Positions 54,501 to 64,000 of a stretch of 64,000 bases of DNA are shown here, piece after piece. The stretch lies in assembly GCA_964658305.1 (NCBI GenBank), contig OZ210885.1, positions 11,470,001 to 11,534,000 on the forward strand. The letters run 5' to 3'. Under the pieces are notes generated by a model. That model searched no databases. It saw only the letters and a program-made list of their open reading frames with translations, and was not told the DNA's origin. Both the position numbers and the translations under genes were made by a program. How positions within the stretch are numbered: the stretch's first letter is position 1; each line of letters starts with the position of its first letter. The DNA comes from Leptogorgia sarmentosa (taxonomy: Eukaryota).

Positions 54501-57500
54501 ACGGTACAATGGAGCAACTGTGAAGTTGTTTGTTTATTACAGGAGTATAAAGAAGAGTGTAGAGATACGGAATATTTGATACTGAAAGACAACAATGACA
54601 AACACAACGCAAGCAAAATATCAAGATATAAAATTCCTCACCACTTATTGCAACAATGAGGTTTTGCCTTGAACAGCGGATAGATGCACACTCATTTCTC
54701 TTCTGGTTTGAAATATGTCTATACGAAGTCTTGGAAGGGATTTAATGTGAAGTTACGTGGTTCCACATAAAGCGTATCACGGTTGTTGTGCAGTTCCAGC
54801 GTGCGTTTTCCAGTCCATTCTTTTGATAGTTTATGGTCTAGCCCACTAAAATAAGGTTCAATATACGACCCGTGAAGGTTCGGCCGGATATAATCAACAT
54901 CAACAAGCAACAAAAGTTCTACTTACTACCTAAACGTTAGAAAACAAATTCACTGCCTATCGTTCAGTTGGTGAATAGAAATTTTGCTGCTTGTTAAAGT
55001 ATCCAGCCATATTAGATACAGTATTTAATCCACTCCTCAAGATTTTTCTTTTCATTGCATATAAATCCTTAAATTGCAAAGATTTTTACATTAATTTTAA
55101 TAACGCGTCCAAGTTGATCATGCACATCTCATTTCTGACTGTTTCAGAAAATATCCTTTTAATGTTTACTTAAATTTCTGAATTGATTATTTTTCCTTCC
55201 TGATCAATAGGTGACCTTGAATGGGCAGAACATGTTGCAGTCTCTGCTGATGGTCGCTATGTCGTGTCGTTGTCAAAGGAAGTTCTACGAACGAGCCCAA
55301 CGGAGTCCTCGATAAAGGTATGGTACACAAGGCTACTAGCTATACTGTACATATAGAAATACAAGCATCCGAACACAAGAAATTTTTTGAATTGTTTGTT
55401 CCACGTTTCGACTCGGCGTATTCATTATTAGGAATGTATACAATTTTTACAAAACATGGGTATATATACTTCTGAAACTCATTAATAATTCCTGAAGAAA
55501 ACACAGAGGAAATCGTCAGCGTGCAGGTGTCAGTATATGTTATACGCAGATTTCGGTTGATTGGCATAAACTATATTTTTGATTTACTGATGTTATATCA
55601 AATTTGTTTTTAAATTTAAAGAAGATTTGAATCAGACCTTAGATAATCGAAGGCATGCACTGGAAACTCTGCCTCAAACTGTACGACATCCGCGTTATGC
55701 GCTTTGTTTTGAAACCTGTAAGTTCACATTCAATCCATTCCAGGACTTCGTACTGACATATTTTAAACCAGAACAGAAATGAGTGTGCAACTATCGACTT
55801 TAATGATTTATATCTGTTACAATCACCACAAAAGGCTCATGTTATAAGGCTGATGATACAATATAACGAAAACTCCAGTAGACCCCTGAACTCAAATAAA
55901 CTAACCAAACTTTCTCCAGTAACTTTATTCACGGGGTTATATAAATGCAGTTAAATGCGTACATAAACAGTGAAGACATAAATTAAACAAAATCGTTAGA
56001 AAGATTATATTGTTGGGGAAGTGTTAGAGTGACGGAAATTGTATTTCTTATTTAAAACCAAATCATAACCCTATAATTTCTAACGTCGTGCATGCTACTG
56101 TGTCTTAGATGGCAGACCCGGCGAAAGATGAGGGCTCTGGAGCCTGTGGTTCCCCCGCTCACTTTTTTGCTGGGAAATGAAGTCGTGAATTACTTGTCTT
56201 TCTTAACAAAGGAAAATATCTCTTCTCCTCATACAGTTATGAATTCACATTAGGTTTTTTCCACAAGATCATGCATGATTGTACCGATCGTTAAAACAAA
56301 TTCCCGCCTGAAAACGCCGGGAAACGTGTTTCTGTGCCAGCCTCGTCCCCGGGGTTTTAAAACAAATGCGCGGTCACGTGACACGCGCGTGGAAACACGT
56401 CTGAGTAGCCCACGACGCGAGGAGGAAGCGCCGAGCAGAAAATGAATCGAAAAGTTAGATTTTTGTCGAAAAGTGAGATATTTTGAATTTGCTGGTTTTT
56501 GTTTTAAAATTTCGCGCTTGTTGGTCTGTTTTTCCGAAGAACCATGGATTAGATAGATGAATCACTTCAATATATGACTTTTGAAGGTAAATTTATTCAA
56601 AAATGTTCTCATTTGAATGTTTGATTATGCATGTATTAAATATAAATAGTGTATACGCTGTATATTTTGCATATTTGTAATAAGCAGACCAAACGGTTGA
56701 TCCATTGCCAAAATCGCTGAGCGCACATTTTCACCATCATTATCCAAACAAGAGTGTATTAAATCACGGTGATCCGCCGTGCATTTGCTCGCGTCCACCA
56801 TCTTGTTTGCATTTTCTGCCAGGCCCTTCTCGTGCAATTTTCCCCTTCGCTCCTCCACGCACGTGTCACGCGACCGCGCAATTGTTTTAAAGCGCCGGGG
56901 ACGAGGCTGTTTCTATGCGCCGTAATTAATTTTAAAATGTCCCGTTGAAGCAAGTTCCCCGCCCCTAACGCATACACACGCTGAAAATTTTGTTTTGTAT
57001 TGCCTGGATTGCCGTTTTTCTGGCCTGAGACAGGAAATTTATGATATGCGCAATACATCAGCAGACACCGTCATCACTATAGCTAGTAAAATGCATGTCA
57101 CACGCTGGAACGGTCGAACCGACTTGTCATCATAGCTTTGTTTGTGTTGTTGGTTGGTTGATTGGTAAAGGACTAGGTAAATTCTCACACAATTTCGGTT
57201 TCACATTGTGTTCAAGCAATTTTTCAGCACTCGTTTAGGGGATATATTCAGAGCGCAACTAATTTAATCTAATATAGTTAATTTGTTGAGTTCAGGACCA
57301 CAACTTACAACTTACTGAATTTGTTTCAAAGTTTGTTATCTCCTTCGCAACTACTTTTATTTTCTAATTCGCATGACTCATTTAATTCCATATCGAACCG
57401 CTTATAAACTGAAACTGGAACTAAAACTAACCTCCTAAACACCCATACGTCAGGAGGCGCTGAATACCATCCTTCAGGGTGACAGAAAAGAAATCACAAG

Positions 57501-60500
57501 GCGTCCTTCTTGGTGTGACCTCATTTGTCATTCACGAGCAAAGGAAAAAGACACCATTCTTGGAGGAAATTTATTCAGACAATGTTTATTTATTCCAAGT
57601 TATAACCTAAAGTTGTAGGAACGTCAAAAACACCACAATGGATTTTAGATAGTCACTCCAATATGGGCGCCATTGGTTCATTTATACATTACCGAAGCGT
57701 TGTCCAGTCATATTATAAGACTGTTCTTAATACGTACATCTCGGAAATTGAAACGTAAAAACTAATCTAGAACGTATTAACTAACTAGTATGCTCTATCA
57801 AAATCTTTAAAATCTGCATAACGTCCGGTTTTTTGTCGCTTTGAGGTGCACGCATAATATAACTAAGTAGACCTATTTATAAAGTCATTCATGTGCGTGT
57901 TAGTTTTTTATTGATAATTAGTTTTGAAGAAATCATTGTAGTCACAAGTTTTAAGCGCGTGTTGCGTATCACACAGAACAACTTTTCCTTTTATTTTTCA
58001 AGGTGTGGAATTTGTCTGATGGCAGTGTGATCAATGGAATTGATAGCGATGGCACACCTGAGATTGTTCGCTTTAGTTCTGATGGGTTGCAAGTTATAAT
58101 TGGATGCGAAGATAACCATGTGTTCATCTGGGACTGGCAAAAGCCTGATGCGTCTTTGAAAGAAGTCATTTCACCCGCGTCCTATACAGTGGAAATAGCA
58201 TGCGATCACAACATGATTTACACATGCAGCCCTGACATGCATATTTGTGAAATCAATCTCGACTCACTACAAGTATCGACTGTTCGTCAAGGGTCGAGCG
58301 TCCCACCAGTAATATTACCCGACAGTAAAAGAGTATTATTTGGATCGCTTCAGAATAATGTCTTTTTCAACCGGAAACTGTCAACTGATAGTTGGATCAA
58401 CCATAATGCAGGTGGGTAAATGAAGGATTATTTGAAACTTCTAAATACTTTTAAGTCATTGATGCGACTACAGGGTATTGTACTATCTTTATACACACAA
58501 AATTTATGTTTGTGAAATATACGTTTTAATTCAGAAAATATTTCTCCCCAAAAAAGGGTGCATTCAAATTGATTTTGGATTCGATTTAACAAATCGTCAT
58601 GGCTTCACATGCTATTTTCTGATTACAACAATACAATTTAAACGGTTTCATCGCGAGTATCTAGCTACAAGCCGATATGCATTATTTAGGTATGTTGCAT
58701 GTAGCTAGAGAAAGAATACCAAACCTACAAGATTGCTGTGATATATAGAAATTCTATAGGATTTGCAGCACATCGATGCCGATGAATGTAAATCTCAATG
58801 CTTATTTAGCTTGTAGTGTCACCCACGCAATCAAAGCCAGCGCAAAATATGCGTTTGCGAACGCAAACATAATTCGTCATTGGAACAATATTCATCGTCA
58901 TAATGCTGTTAGGAAATGAACTCGCCCATATTTTTTCCGTTACGCCCGCAAATGACATTAACTTCAAATTTCCGTTTAACACCTAGCCTAATAGTGCTAA
59001 CGCGCCCCAATTATCTGGACACTAATCCTAATTGCCTCTCCGCCTCGCCTTTACAAGCTAACGTATAAAATAACGCGCAAATTGTTAGAGTCAGTTGTCA
59101 GACAGTCATAGCTTCGCGCTTGGTGAGTTATTATCAACTGTATTCTTTTGTGATGCCGCTTTAATATATGTGAATAAATACTATATGTGTACAAAATCTT
59201 GTTAGTGTTGAGTATTTCATATGCAACTTCGCACAATACAACTCGAGCGAATCTCACATACTCAAATACTAAAAGCTCATCAAGAATTTTTTCCGTCATC
59301 CTTTTCAATTTATTTGCTACTATTCATTTCGCATTATATATGTTATAATTATATATTTTGACCTTATCAATATTAATTCAGTTATCTCTGTGATTGGAAG
59401 TGGTATGAAGGATCCCGACTACGAGCCCTAATTCTGTAGCTCCATGTGCTAATTCACACGCAGTCATTTTTGACGGCGTCACTCCTATGTGGTAAACCTA
59501 AAAGTTGCAACACTGGTAAATTTAAGTCGTCGATAGCTTGTCGAAAACACGTAAAAGAGGGTTGAGAACGAAATAGAGGACTGCAATGTTATATGGTTAG
59601 CATGAGTTCTTCACCATTATTCATCCCCACAATATAATATCCGTTTCAATTCAGAATATATTAGTATTTCAAAACCCCTCTCTCGTGAGTAGCTATAACA
59701 CACACCTCCAGGAGAAACTCACGACATGCGGCAAAAGCGGTGACAGGCAATTTGTAAATGAGTTCGTGCAAAGAATCGAACCGATCTTAGAGGTAAAAGG
59801 TGCTTACTCCAGTCCGCATGTGAATTTAGTCTGTCTCATGTCTAGCCCAAATTTCTTCGTTATACAGAGCTTTATCGGCAAACCAATAAGACTATCCCCT
59901 TGCGTAGCAATATTATGCTTAGCAAGTTAAGTAAATAATTCCCAACGTCGCTCTAAATTAATTCCAGTCAATGACTCATTTGCTATGAATTTGAAGTACG
60001 TGCCGATAAATTGTCTAGAAGACGAAATTTCGGCAAATATCACATCTGTAGGTACTTATAAGGTGCTCACTTCTTCAATTTGAAAGCCCATTATTTCGGT
60101 CAACCATATTGCTCTACATCGTACGTATTGGCTATATGCACGCGGCATCTTTAGATCACCTTCACTCCTCGCCTTTTAATAGTTCATTTATACGCGAGAA
60201 CAGGCCATGCATTCCCACGATGCATTGTGCGCACAATGTTCTGAGTTTGGAAAGGACAACCTTTTTTGAATTAGTTGTACAGTACGTCACTCATAGTTGC
60301 CTCCAATATTATATTTCCTGGGTCATTCTGCTGTTAAAATGCGGGATCCAGATACAAATAAATTATATATTCGACTGTCAGTGATGAGTTTGACCGTCTA
60401 CAATTTCCATTATCGCGCAACTTAATTCCTAAAACTGCATTGTTCGTAAAACTGCATGATGACGATCTGCTACTGAAAGCAATGCGATCTTGGAAAAAAA

Positions 60501-63267
60501 AGAAAAAACGTAATTGTATGTAATTTGTCCCATTTGTTAATGATCTGGGTGTAACAGTGTGTATCTGTCTGAACCTGCTCGTCATGCAATAATTCACGAC
60601 AAAACCAAGTATATAAAGATTTTATATAAAGATAAGGTGGACTATTAGGACAGATTTCATATAAATTGGCTCCAAACCTGTGTTAAGAAGTATTTCTTAT
60701 TCCATGACTTTATTTTCATTGAATATAAACTTCTCAAACAAGTTTATGAATGCAAAACAATCCGGTTAACAATTGACGTGCACTTGTCTAAAATAATACT
60801 GAAATTATTTGCCAAAAGGTAACAGCGTGAATCACTGCTGGCTAACCGTTTCTTTACCACAATATACTTATTTTGATATATAGCGCTATTGTAAAGCCGG
60901 TTTTCCACTAGCGATTTTTGTCGCGTGAAGCGAATATTTTCCATTGTCCTTGATCTTTCGACTGGAACCATCTGGAACTAATTCATGGCTAGAAATATGC
61001 GACATGTAGTATTACGCAATGGGCATTGGGACTTTCAAAATGCTCGTAAATTTATAGTATGCAGCAACGCAAAATAGTATGTTTTCTTACATGCGAAGTA
61101 TAAACATGGTAAATCGACTTGTAGCGAATCGAAAAAGCAAAATATTGTGATATTTAGAAGCCGATAAACCTTGTCCCCGAGCGATTCAAACGTATCCATA
61201 GATTGTAGCGTATTATAGCCGCCATTAATCATCAATTCTTATATACTTCACTGAAAGAGAGCGGTGTTTTAGGATACATGAAATACAAATTCCAACATGC
61301 GAAGCTTGATTTGTCAAGATGGGGTTTCGGCGGCTTCAACTAATATAAAACCTATAATAGGTTACGTATCTTTCCCTTGTCCAGCTTTACGTTTATGTTC
61401 GATAGTTATGGATATTTCAAGCAAAGCGAAGCACTTTGCCGAACATAAACGTAAAGCTGGACAAGGGAAAGATACGTAACCTTTTATAGGTTTTATACTA
61501 GTTGAAGCCGCCGAAACCCCATCTTCACAAATCAAGCTTCGCATGTTGGAATTTGTATTTCATGTATCCTAAAACACCGCTCTCTTTCAGTGAAGTATGT
61601 AAGAATTGATGATTAATGGCGGCTAATACGCTACAATCCATGGATACGTTTGAATCGCTCGGGGACAAGGTTTATCGGCTTCTAAATATCACAATATTTT
61701 GCTTTTTCGATTCGCTACAAGTCGATTTACCATGTTTATACTTCGCATGTAAGAAAACATACTATTTTGCGTTGCTGCATACTATAAATTTACGAGCATT
61801 TTGAAAGTCCGAATGCCCATTGCGTAATACTGCATGTCGCATATTTCTAGCCATGTGCGTCAAGACAAAAGAAAAAAATCGATTCGCGCGACAAAAGTCG
61901 CTAGTGGAAAACCGGCTTTAGTCCGCACCATAGTCAGAATTCGCGACATTTGAGCCCGCGCTATCTGCCCAGCGGCTGTACGAACAATGTCCTCAGAATT
62001 CATCAATACCCTCCGATATCCCTCACCGTTTTCTCATCAAAATCAAAATGCCAAAAACAGCTGGTACTGAGAAACATAGTCCAACTGTCGAAACCATCTA
62101 AATCATCCGACTTTTTTCAATACGCATCTCTCCTCGTAAGGGGTCTCAGCCATTCTGAATTTAAATTTTCACGCGTTGCTTTTTGGAAAAGCGTGTTTGC
62201 TGATGAATAGAGTCTCGGACTTACGACATATCTTTAGGAAAAGGCTACACATCGAGAAAAATTCTCTCTCGCTCCACATTTTGGTACCAAACAGTTTTAC
62301 TCTTTGGACATATTGGTGAACGATAAACCTCAGTGGACTTTATTGATTTTGTAACTTGAAAAAGCAGAGTGGCTATAGATCGCCAAAACATCCAAGATGA
62401 TGAAACGAATTCAAAAGCCACTCGTTCAAGCTAAAAGATTTCAACAATGATTGATTGCTGTCTATAAGTATCATGAAATTTGAATTACAAGCTTATCTTT
62501 CCGAAAAATATGTTGTTCCCCCATCAAAATTATCAGTTAATTTCTTTGAGTATTACTCGCAAAAAGCTACGCCCGGTGTGAGAATTTATGGTAATTTGTG
62601 TTATTCATGCACTGACTTGGACAAATTCAAATGACTTTAAATAAACGTTTTACTTCTTTCAGGTCATCCTGACGACTCGATAGTTACAGCAATTGACATC
62701 ACATCAAATGGGAAATTTGCTTTGTCTGGAAGCAGTTCAGGAACATTGTCACTGGTCGACATAGAGTGTTCTAAAATAGTTCAAACCTTTGCAAAGACCG
62801 AATCTGGAGACGCCATACGTTTTGTGTGCTTATTAAGTGATGATGTCCGTTTCGTTTTTGTTGACGAGGCAAACAGGATCGAACTAAGAACTTTTAGTGA
62901 TACCGAGGCCAGCATTAATTTGGGTGAACCAGAAGTTAAAGTAACTTGCATTACTGCTCTTGGTTCAAACTATGCATTGCTTGGTTGTGATGATGGAGAA
63001 CTGTTATGGTTCCAATTTAACAATAAATCGCAGTTGAAATTCCCAGCACACGAGGATGCCATTTCTCAAGTTAGAGGCGAGCTAGCAAGTCATGATCTTT
63101 CACGTCGCTTTGCATCGGGGTCTATCGGTGGGTCTGTGAAGCTTTGGAATGTTGAAGAAAACTTGCCGACGTTAATATGGTCACATGACAACATTTGGCC
63201 GGATCCCATTACCGCGTTTGAATTCGTGCCCCTCTCGGATGATATCATAATTGCTTCGGGCAGTAAG
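26964..63267 (+). CDS. Multi-exon Apaf-1-like STAND gene: HEPN-like domain, coiled coil, NB-ARC, WHD/HD2, WD40 repeats; 3' end lies outside the window
   Basis: 14 GT-AG exons join in one open frame: 26964-27549, 28544-28638, 30806-31001, 32463-32794, 33719-34358, 36055-36477, 42090-42335, 45912-46130, 49122-49331, 52155-52395, 53196-53434, 55211-55317, 58003-58411, 62663-63267 (4548 nt). Intron phases match at every junction. Motifs seen: GMGGLGKT, VVVDDVW, LLITTRD, GLPLAV, VHDLL and many WD40 repeats. Confidence 0.88.
28544..28638 (+). CDS. Exon 2 (linker), not in the ORF track
   Basis: tttccag acceptor, AAG/gtttga donor; open frame DILVDGRHAKLIAESVAELCRCIKNYDLDATK; phase 1 to 0 bridges exons 1 and 3. 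Confidence 0.65.
29925..30683 (+). mobile_element. Degenerate Crypton-like element
   Basis: Peptide EYEPDSLKVILTAVD...IIRDKDF...QVLGGQAKHLR resembles the region upstream of the DUF3504/Crypton recombinase domain. It has a CTGATTGG box near the start and a terminal hairpin at about 30538-30650. Confidence 0.65.
30806..31001 (+). CDS. Exon 3: predicted coiled-coil linker
   Basis: INPVMEKLDNIQSTLLRKIKEVERSAAEKLEHHSMELKRLAEKTDEIE; ttcag acceptor, G/gtagt donor; phase 0 to 1. Confidence 0.75.
31524..31775 (+). pseudogene. Truncated, degenerate NACHT-type (NPHP3-N/NWD-like) ATPase exon in intron 3
   Basis: Reads KLAKFVFNGKIDQLIRKFREGTTQWFFDDFEKWLRDTKSRVMILNRGPGVRKSVLSAKLCDLYEETGQLAGCHFC. This resembles the GTRxW...WL...GxxGxGKS...HFC start of NACHT domains. 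Walker A has G>R and no Walker B follows. Confidence 0.78.
32463..32794 (+). CDS. Exon 4: NB-ARC start with Walker A
   Basis: LPAHMVERPSEV...VGIRGMGGLGKTVLAQAV...VVWLDIG. Confidence 0.92.
33719..34358 (+). CDS. Exon 5: NB-ARC Walker B, sensor 1, GxP motif and start of winged helix
   Basis: CLVVVDDVW, LLITTRD, CRGLPLAVSLVG, SYQRL...LAIFPED...LLW. Confidence 0.93.
34904..35263. mobile_element. MITE with 9-bp TSD (MULE-like)
   Basis: TIR GCAGAAATTT..TTTGGGATCACTTT; TAACCGCGT duplicated at 34895 and 35264. Confidence 0.8.
36055..36477 (+). CDS. Exon 6: MHD-like motif and Apaf-1-type helical domain
   Basis: YRVHDLLLDF, YYFKYLPYH and LLFDLHWLKQKV resemble Apaf-1 WHD/HD2 segments. Confidence 0.9.
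38050..41250 (+). mobile_element. Decayed Helitron-type element (OTU-like domain plus Rep) in intron 6
   Basis: Frameshifted remnants: IVGDANYFFRSVS, TWADNIIIQAVAN, GHLDELHYVS (OTU); CTCCDQ, LTPLEERLISPRI, VEFRQRGSPHIHGLFWIKNAP (HUH motif at 40860), CRFNFPLPP. No helicase is visible. Confidence 0.85.
38835..39210 (+). repeat. 114-bp (2 x 57) tandem repeat inside the Helitron, formerly coding
   Basis: AATCCTGAAAA recurs at 38892, 39006 and 39120; NPEKV-type 19-aa subunits. Confidence 0.85.
42090..42335 (+). CDS. Exon 7: end of helical domain and first WD40-like blade
   Basis: The splice creates QLLGRLL; ...LVLCGLENGSITIFDLDTG. Confidence 0.85.
42462..43200. mobile_element. MITE with 9-bp TSD and TAG ends (AcademH-like)
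   Basis: TIR TAGCCTCCTCCGCAGGCATCTCT; GATTCAAAG duplicated on both flanks. Confidence 0.82.
43783..44662. mobile_element. MITE containing a nested younger MITE
   Basis: Ends TAGGGACCTTAAGATC / GATCTTAGGATCCCTA. Confidence 0.6.
43907..44421. mobile_element. Nested MITE with about 85-bp TIRs and 7-bp TSD
   Basis: CCGTTGAACAAAGACCTCAACGGGTAGTACCC... is inverted at 44335-44421; GCTACAC duplicated. Confidence 0.82.
45912..46130 (+). CDS. Exon 8: WD40
   Basis: LQGHSKKVTCLAVSQSGTILASGSWDGSTILW. Confidence 0.9.
46278..46607 (+). mobile_element. Solo left end of the same CACTA-like family
   Basis: Near-identical to 20043-20373. Confidence 0.88.
47611..48627. mobile_element. hAT-like non-autonomous element
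   Basis: TIR CAGTGGCGACGCCAGC; 8-bp TSD CTTACTGG. Confidence 0.87.
49122..49331 (+). CDS. Exon 9: WD40
   Basis: DGQFIATVGYGDMTIKLW...LVGHTDWMTCV. Confidence 0.88.
49802..50647. mobile_element. Fold-back MITE with TTAA TSD (Kolobok-like)
   Basis: About 405-bp near-perfect arms starting AGAGAGGTTACAGTCCC, about 30-bp spacer, TTAA on both sides. Confidence 0.85.
52155..52395 (+). CDS. Exon 10: WD40
   Basis: LVSGSDDGTIKIWDL...IISGDDEGSARLW...EGHTDRI. An alternative in-phase acceptor would start the exon at 52161. Confidence 0.9.
53196..53434 (+). CDS. Exon 11: WD40
   Basis: ALTASWDGSIRVWNL...CVTASNDGTFKVWNL. Confidence 0.9.
54136..54422. mobile_element. Palindromic MITE with about 10-bp TSD (MULE-like), nested in an older inverted repeat at about 53763-54651
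   Basis: GGAGATCGCT...AGCGATCTCC palindrome; flanks TTAAAATAAA and TCAAAATAAA. Confidence 0.8.
55211..55317 (+). CDS. Exon 12: WD40 segment, not in the ORF track
   Basis: GDLEWAEHVAVSADGRYVVSLSK...SSIK joins VWNL of the next exon; phase 1 to 0 is required to keep the frame. Confidence 0.82.
56338..56909. mobile_element. MITE with 9-bp TSD (AcademH-like)
   Basis: TIR CAGCCTCGTCCCCGG..TTTAAAACAA; flanks TTTCTGTGC and TTTCTATGC. Confidence 0.8.
58003..58411 (+). CDS. Exon 13: WD40
   Basis: VWNLSDG...VRFSSDGLQVIIGCEDNHVFIWDW. Confidence 0.9.
60894..61918. mobile_element. Fold-back MITE (Harbinger-like ends) with an internal palindrome of about 420-bp arms
   Basis: TIR AAGCCGGTTTTCCACTAGCGA flanked by TA; the internal palindrome 60984-61855 produces mirror ORFs in the track. 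Confidence 0.82.
62663..63267 (+). CDS. Exon 14: WD40; gene continues past the window
   Basis: GHPDDSIVTAIDITSNGKFALSGS...AHEDAISQV...FASGSIGGSVKLWNV; AAG/gtatgt donor. Confidence 0.9.
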
Positions 63268-63312
63268 GTATGTATACAGTGGCGTCGCCAGCTCGATAAG
63301 TGAGGTGGACAT

Positions 63313-64000
63313 TTAACAGTTATTCTGCGAACTCGAGTCGTATATGCGCTGATAGTCGACGAGGCGCGTAGCGCCGAGTCGACTATCAGTCATATACGAC
63401 AAGAGTGAGCAGAATAACTGTTTTATTATGTACACAAGCGCTTGACAAAAACAACTTCCAAATTTATTTGTATTTTATTAATAACTGAATATAATTTCAA
63501 AGTGTTCTATCGCTTTGAAATCGACATATTTACAAAAACAGTTTTACTTGATAAATACACGCCAAAAAGCACGGTAAAAACAACAGTTACGGAATTAAAA
63601 TAGTCAACGTTACGTTTAAACTATAGCTAGTTTTAAATTTCAGCAGTTTTCATCTGTATTTTTCTGCATTTGAAAGTACAATACAAATTTTATCGTTGTA
63701 AAATGTCAACAAACAGCAACAAGCGATCCAACTCAATCAAGCGATGAATTTTATAGCGTCGAGTCCGGTTTTCCAGATTCAAAACTGCACAATTAACATT
63801 TACTCACTAAAATTCTTGAATTTTATTCTTTTAATCGATCGCAAAGACGTTTTTAACTGTTGAAAACTTCAATTCCGGCTTCGCTCTTTCCGCCATTTTG
63901 TTTGTTTTTCTCTACTAGCAGGATATGAGCTAATATCCTGCTAGTAGGGAGCCAATCAGATTGCAGAATAGCTCATATCCAGCGCTTGTGTATATAATAA
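63313..64000 (-). mobile_element. Crypton-like non-autonomous element in intron 14
   Basis: Terminal hairpin with GAGGCGCGTAGCGCCGAG loop and a CCAATCAG box at the far end; same layout, inverted, as 34378-34680. Confidence 0.55.

Noticed and set aside
61035..61804. Mirror-image ORFs on both strands as genes
   Set aside because: Artefact of the palindromic MITE.
26964..63267. Calling the gene the APAF1 orthologue
   Set aside because: No CARD is visible, and cnidarian-type genomes carry several Apaf-1-like paralogues; orthology needs a phylogeny.

Overview
AT-rich, spliced, transposon-dense animal genomic DNA. It is most like an anthozoan cnidarian, which I infer from the gene families and repeat types; it is not prokaryotic. 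Two multi-exon coding units can be rebuilt by hand from GT-AG sites with consistent reading phase. (1) On the + strand, from 26964 to beyond the window end, is a gene of at least 14 exons (about 1516 codons so far). It encodes an Apaf-1-like STAND protein (NB-ARC, winged helix, helical domain, WD40 repeats). Its visible N-terminus is not a CARD but a helical domain with a HEPN-type R-N-x3-H motif (RNPWAH) plus a coiled-coil linker. A decayed NACHT-type ATPase exon sits in the intron just before the NB-ARC exons, suggesting the gene arose by domain swapping. (2) On the - strand, 9201 to 5818, are ten open, phase-compatible exons of a KDZ (Kyakuja-Dileera-Zisupton) transposase-like gene whose 5' part I could not find. 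It abuts a 2.5-kb fold-back satellite and is bracketed by a 0.9-kb direct repeat. The rest is mobile DNA: two CACTA/EnSpm-like TIR elements, a Penelope-like retroelement with hammerhead-like cores, a decayed Helitron with OTU and 2A-like motifs, Crypton-like hairpin elements and many MITEs with readable target-site duplications. All family calls rest on motif recognition, not database searches.
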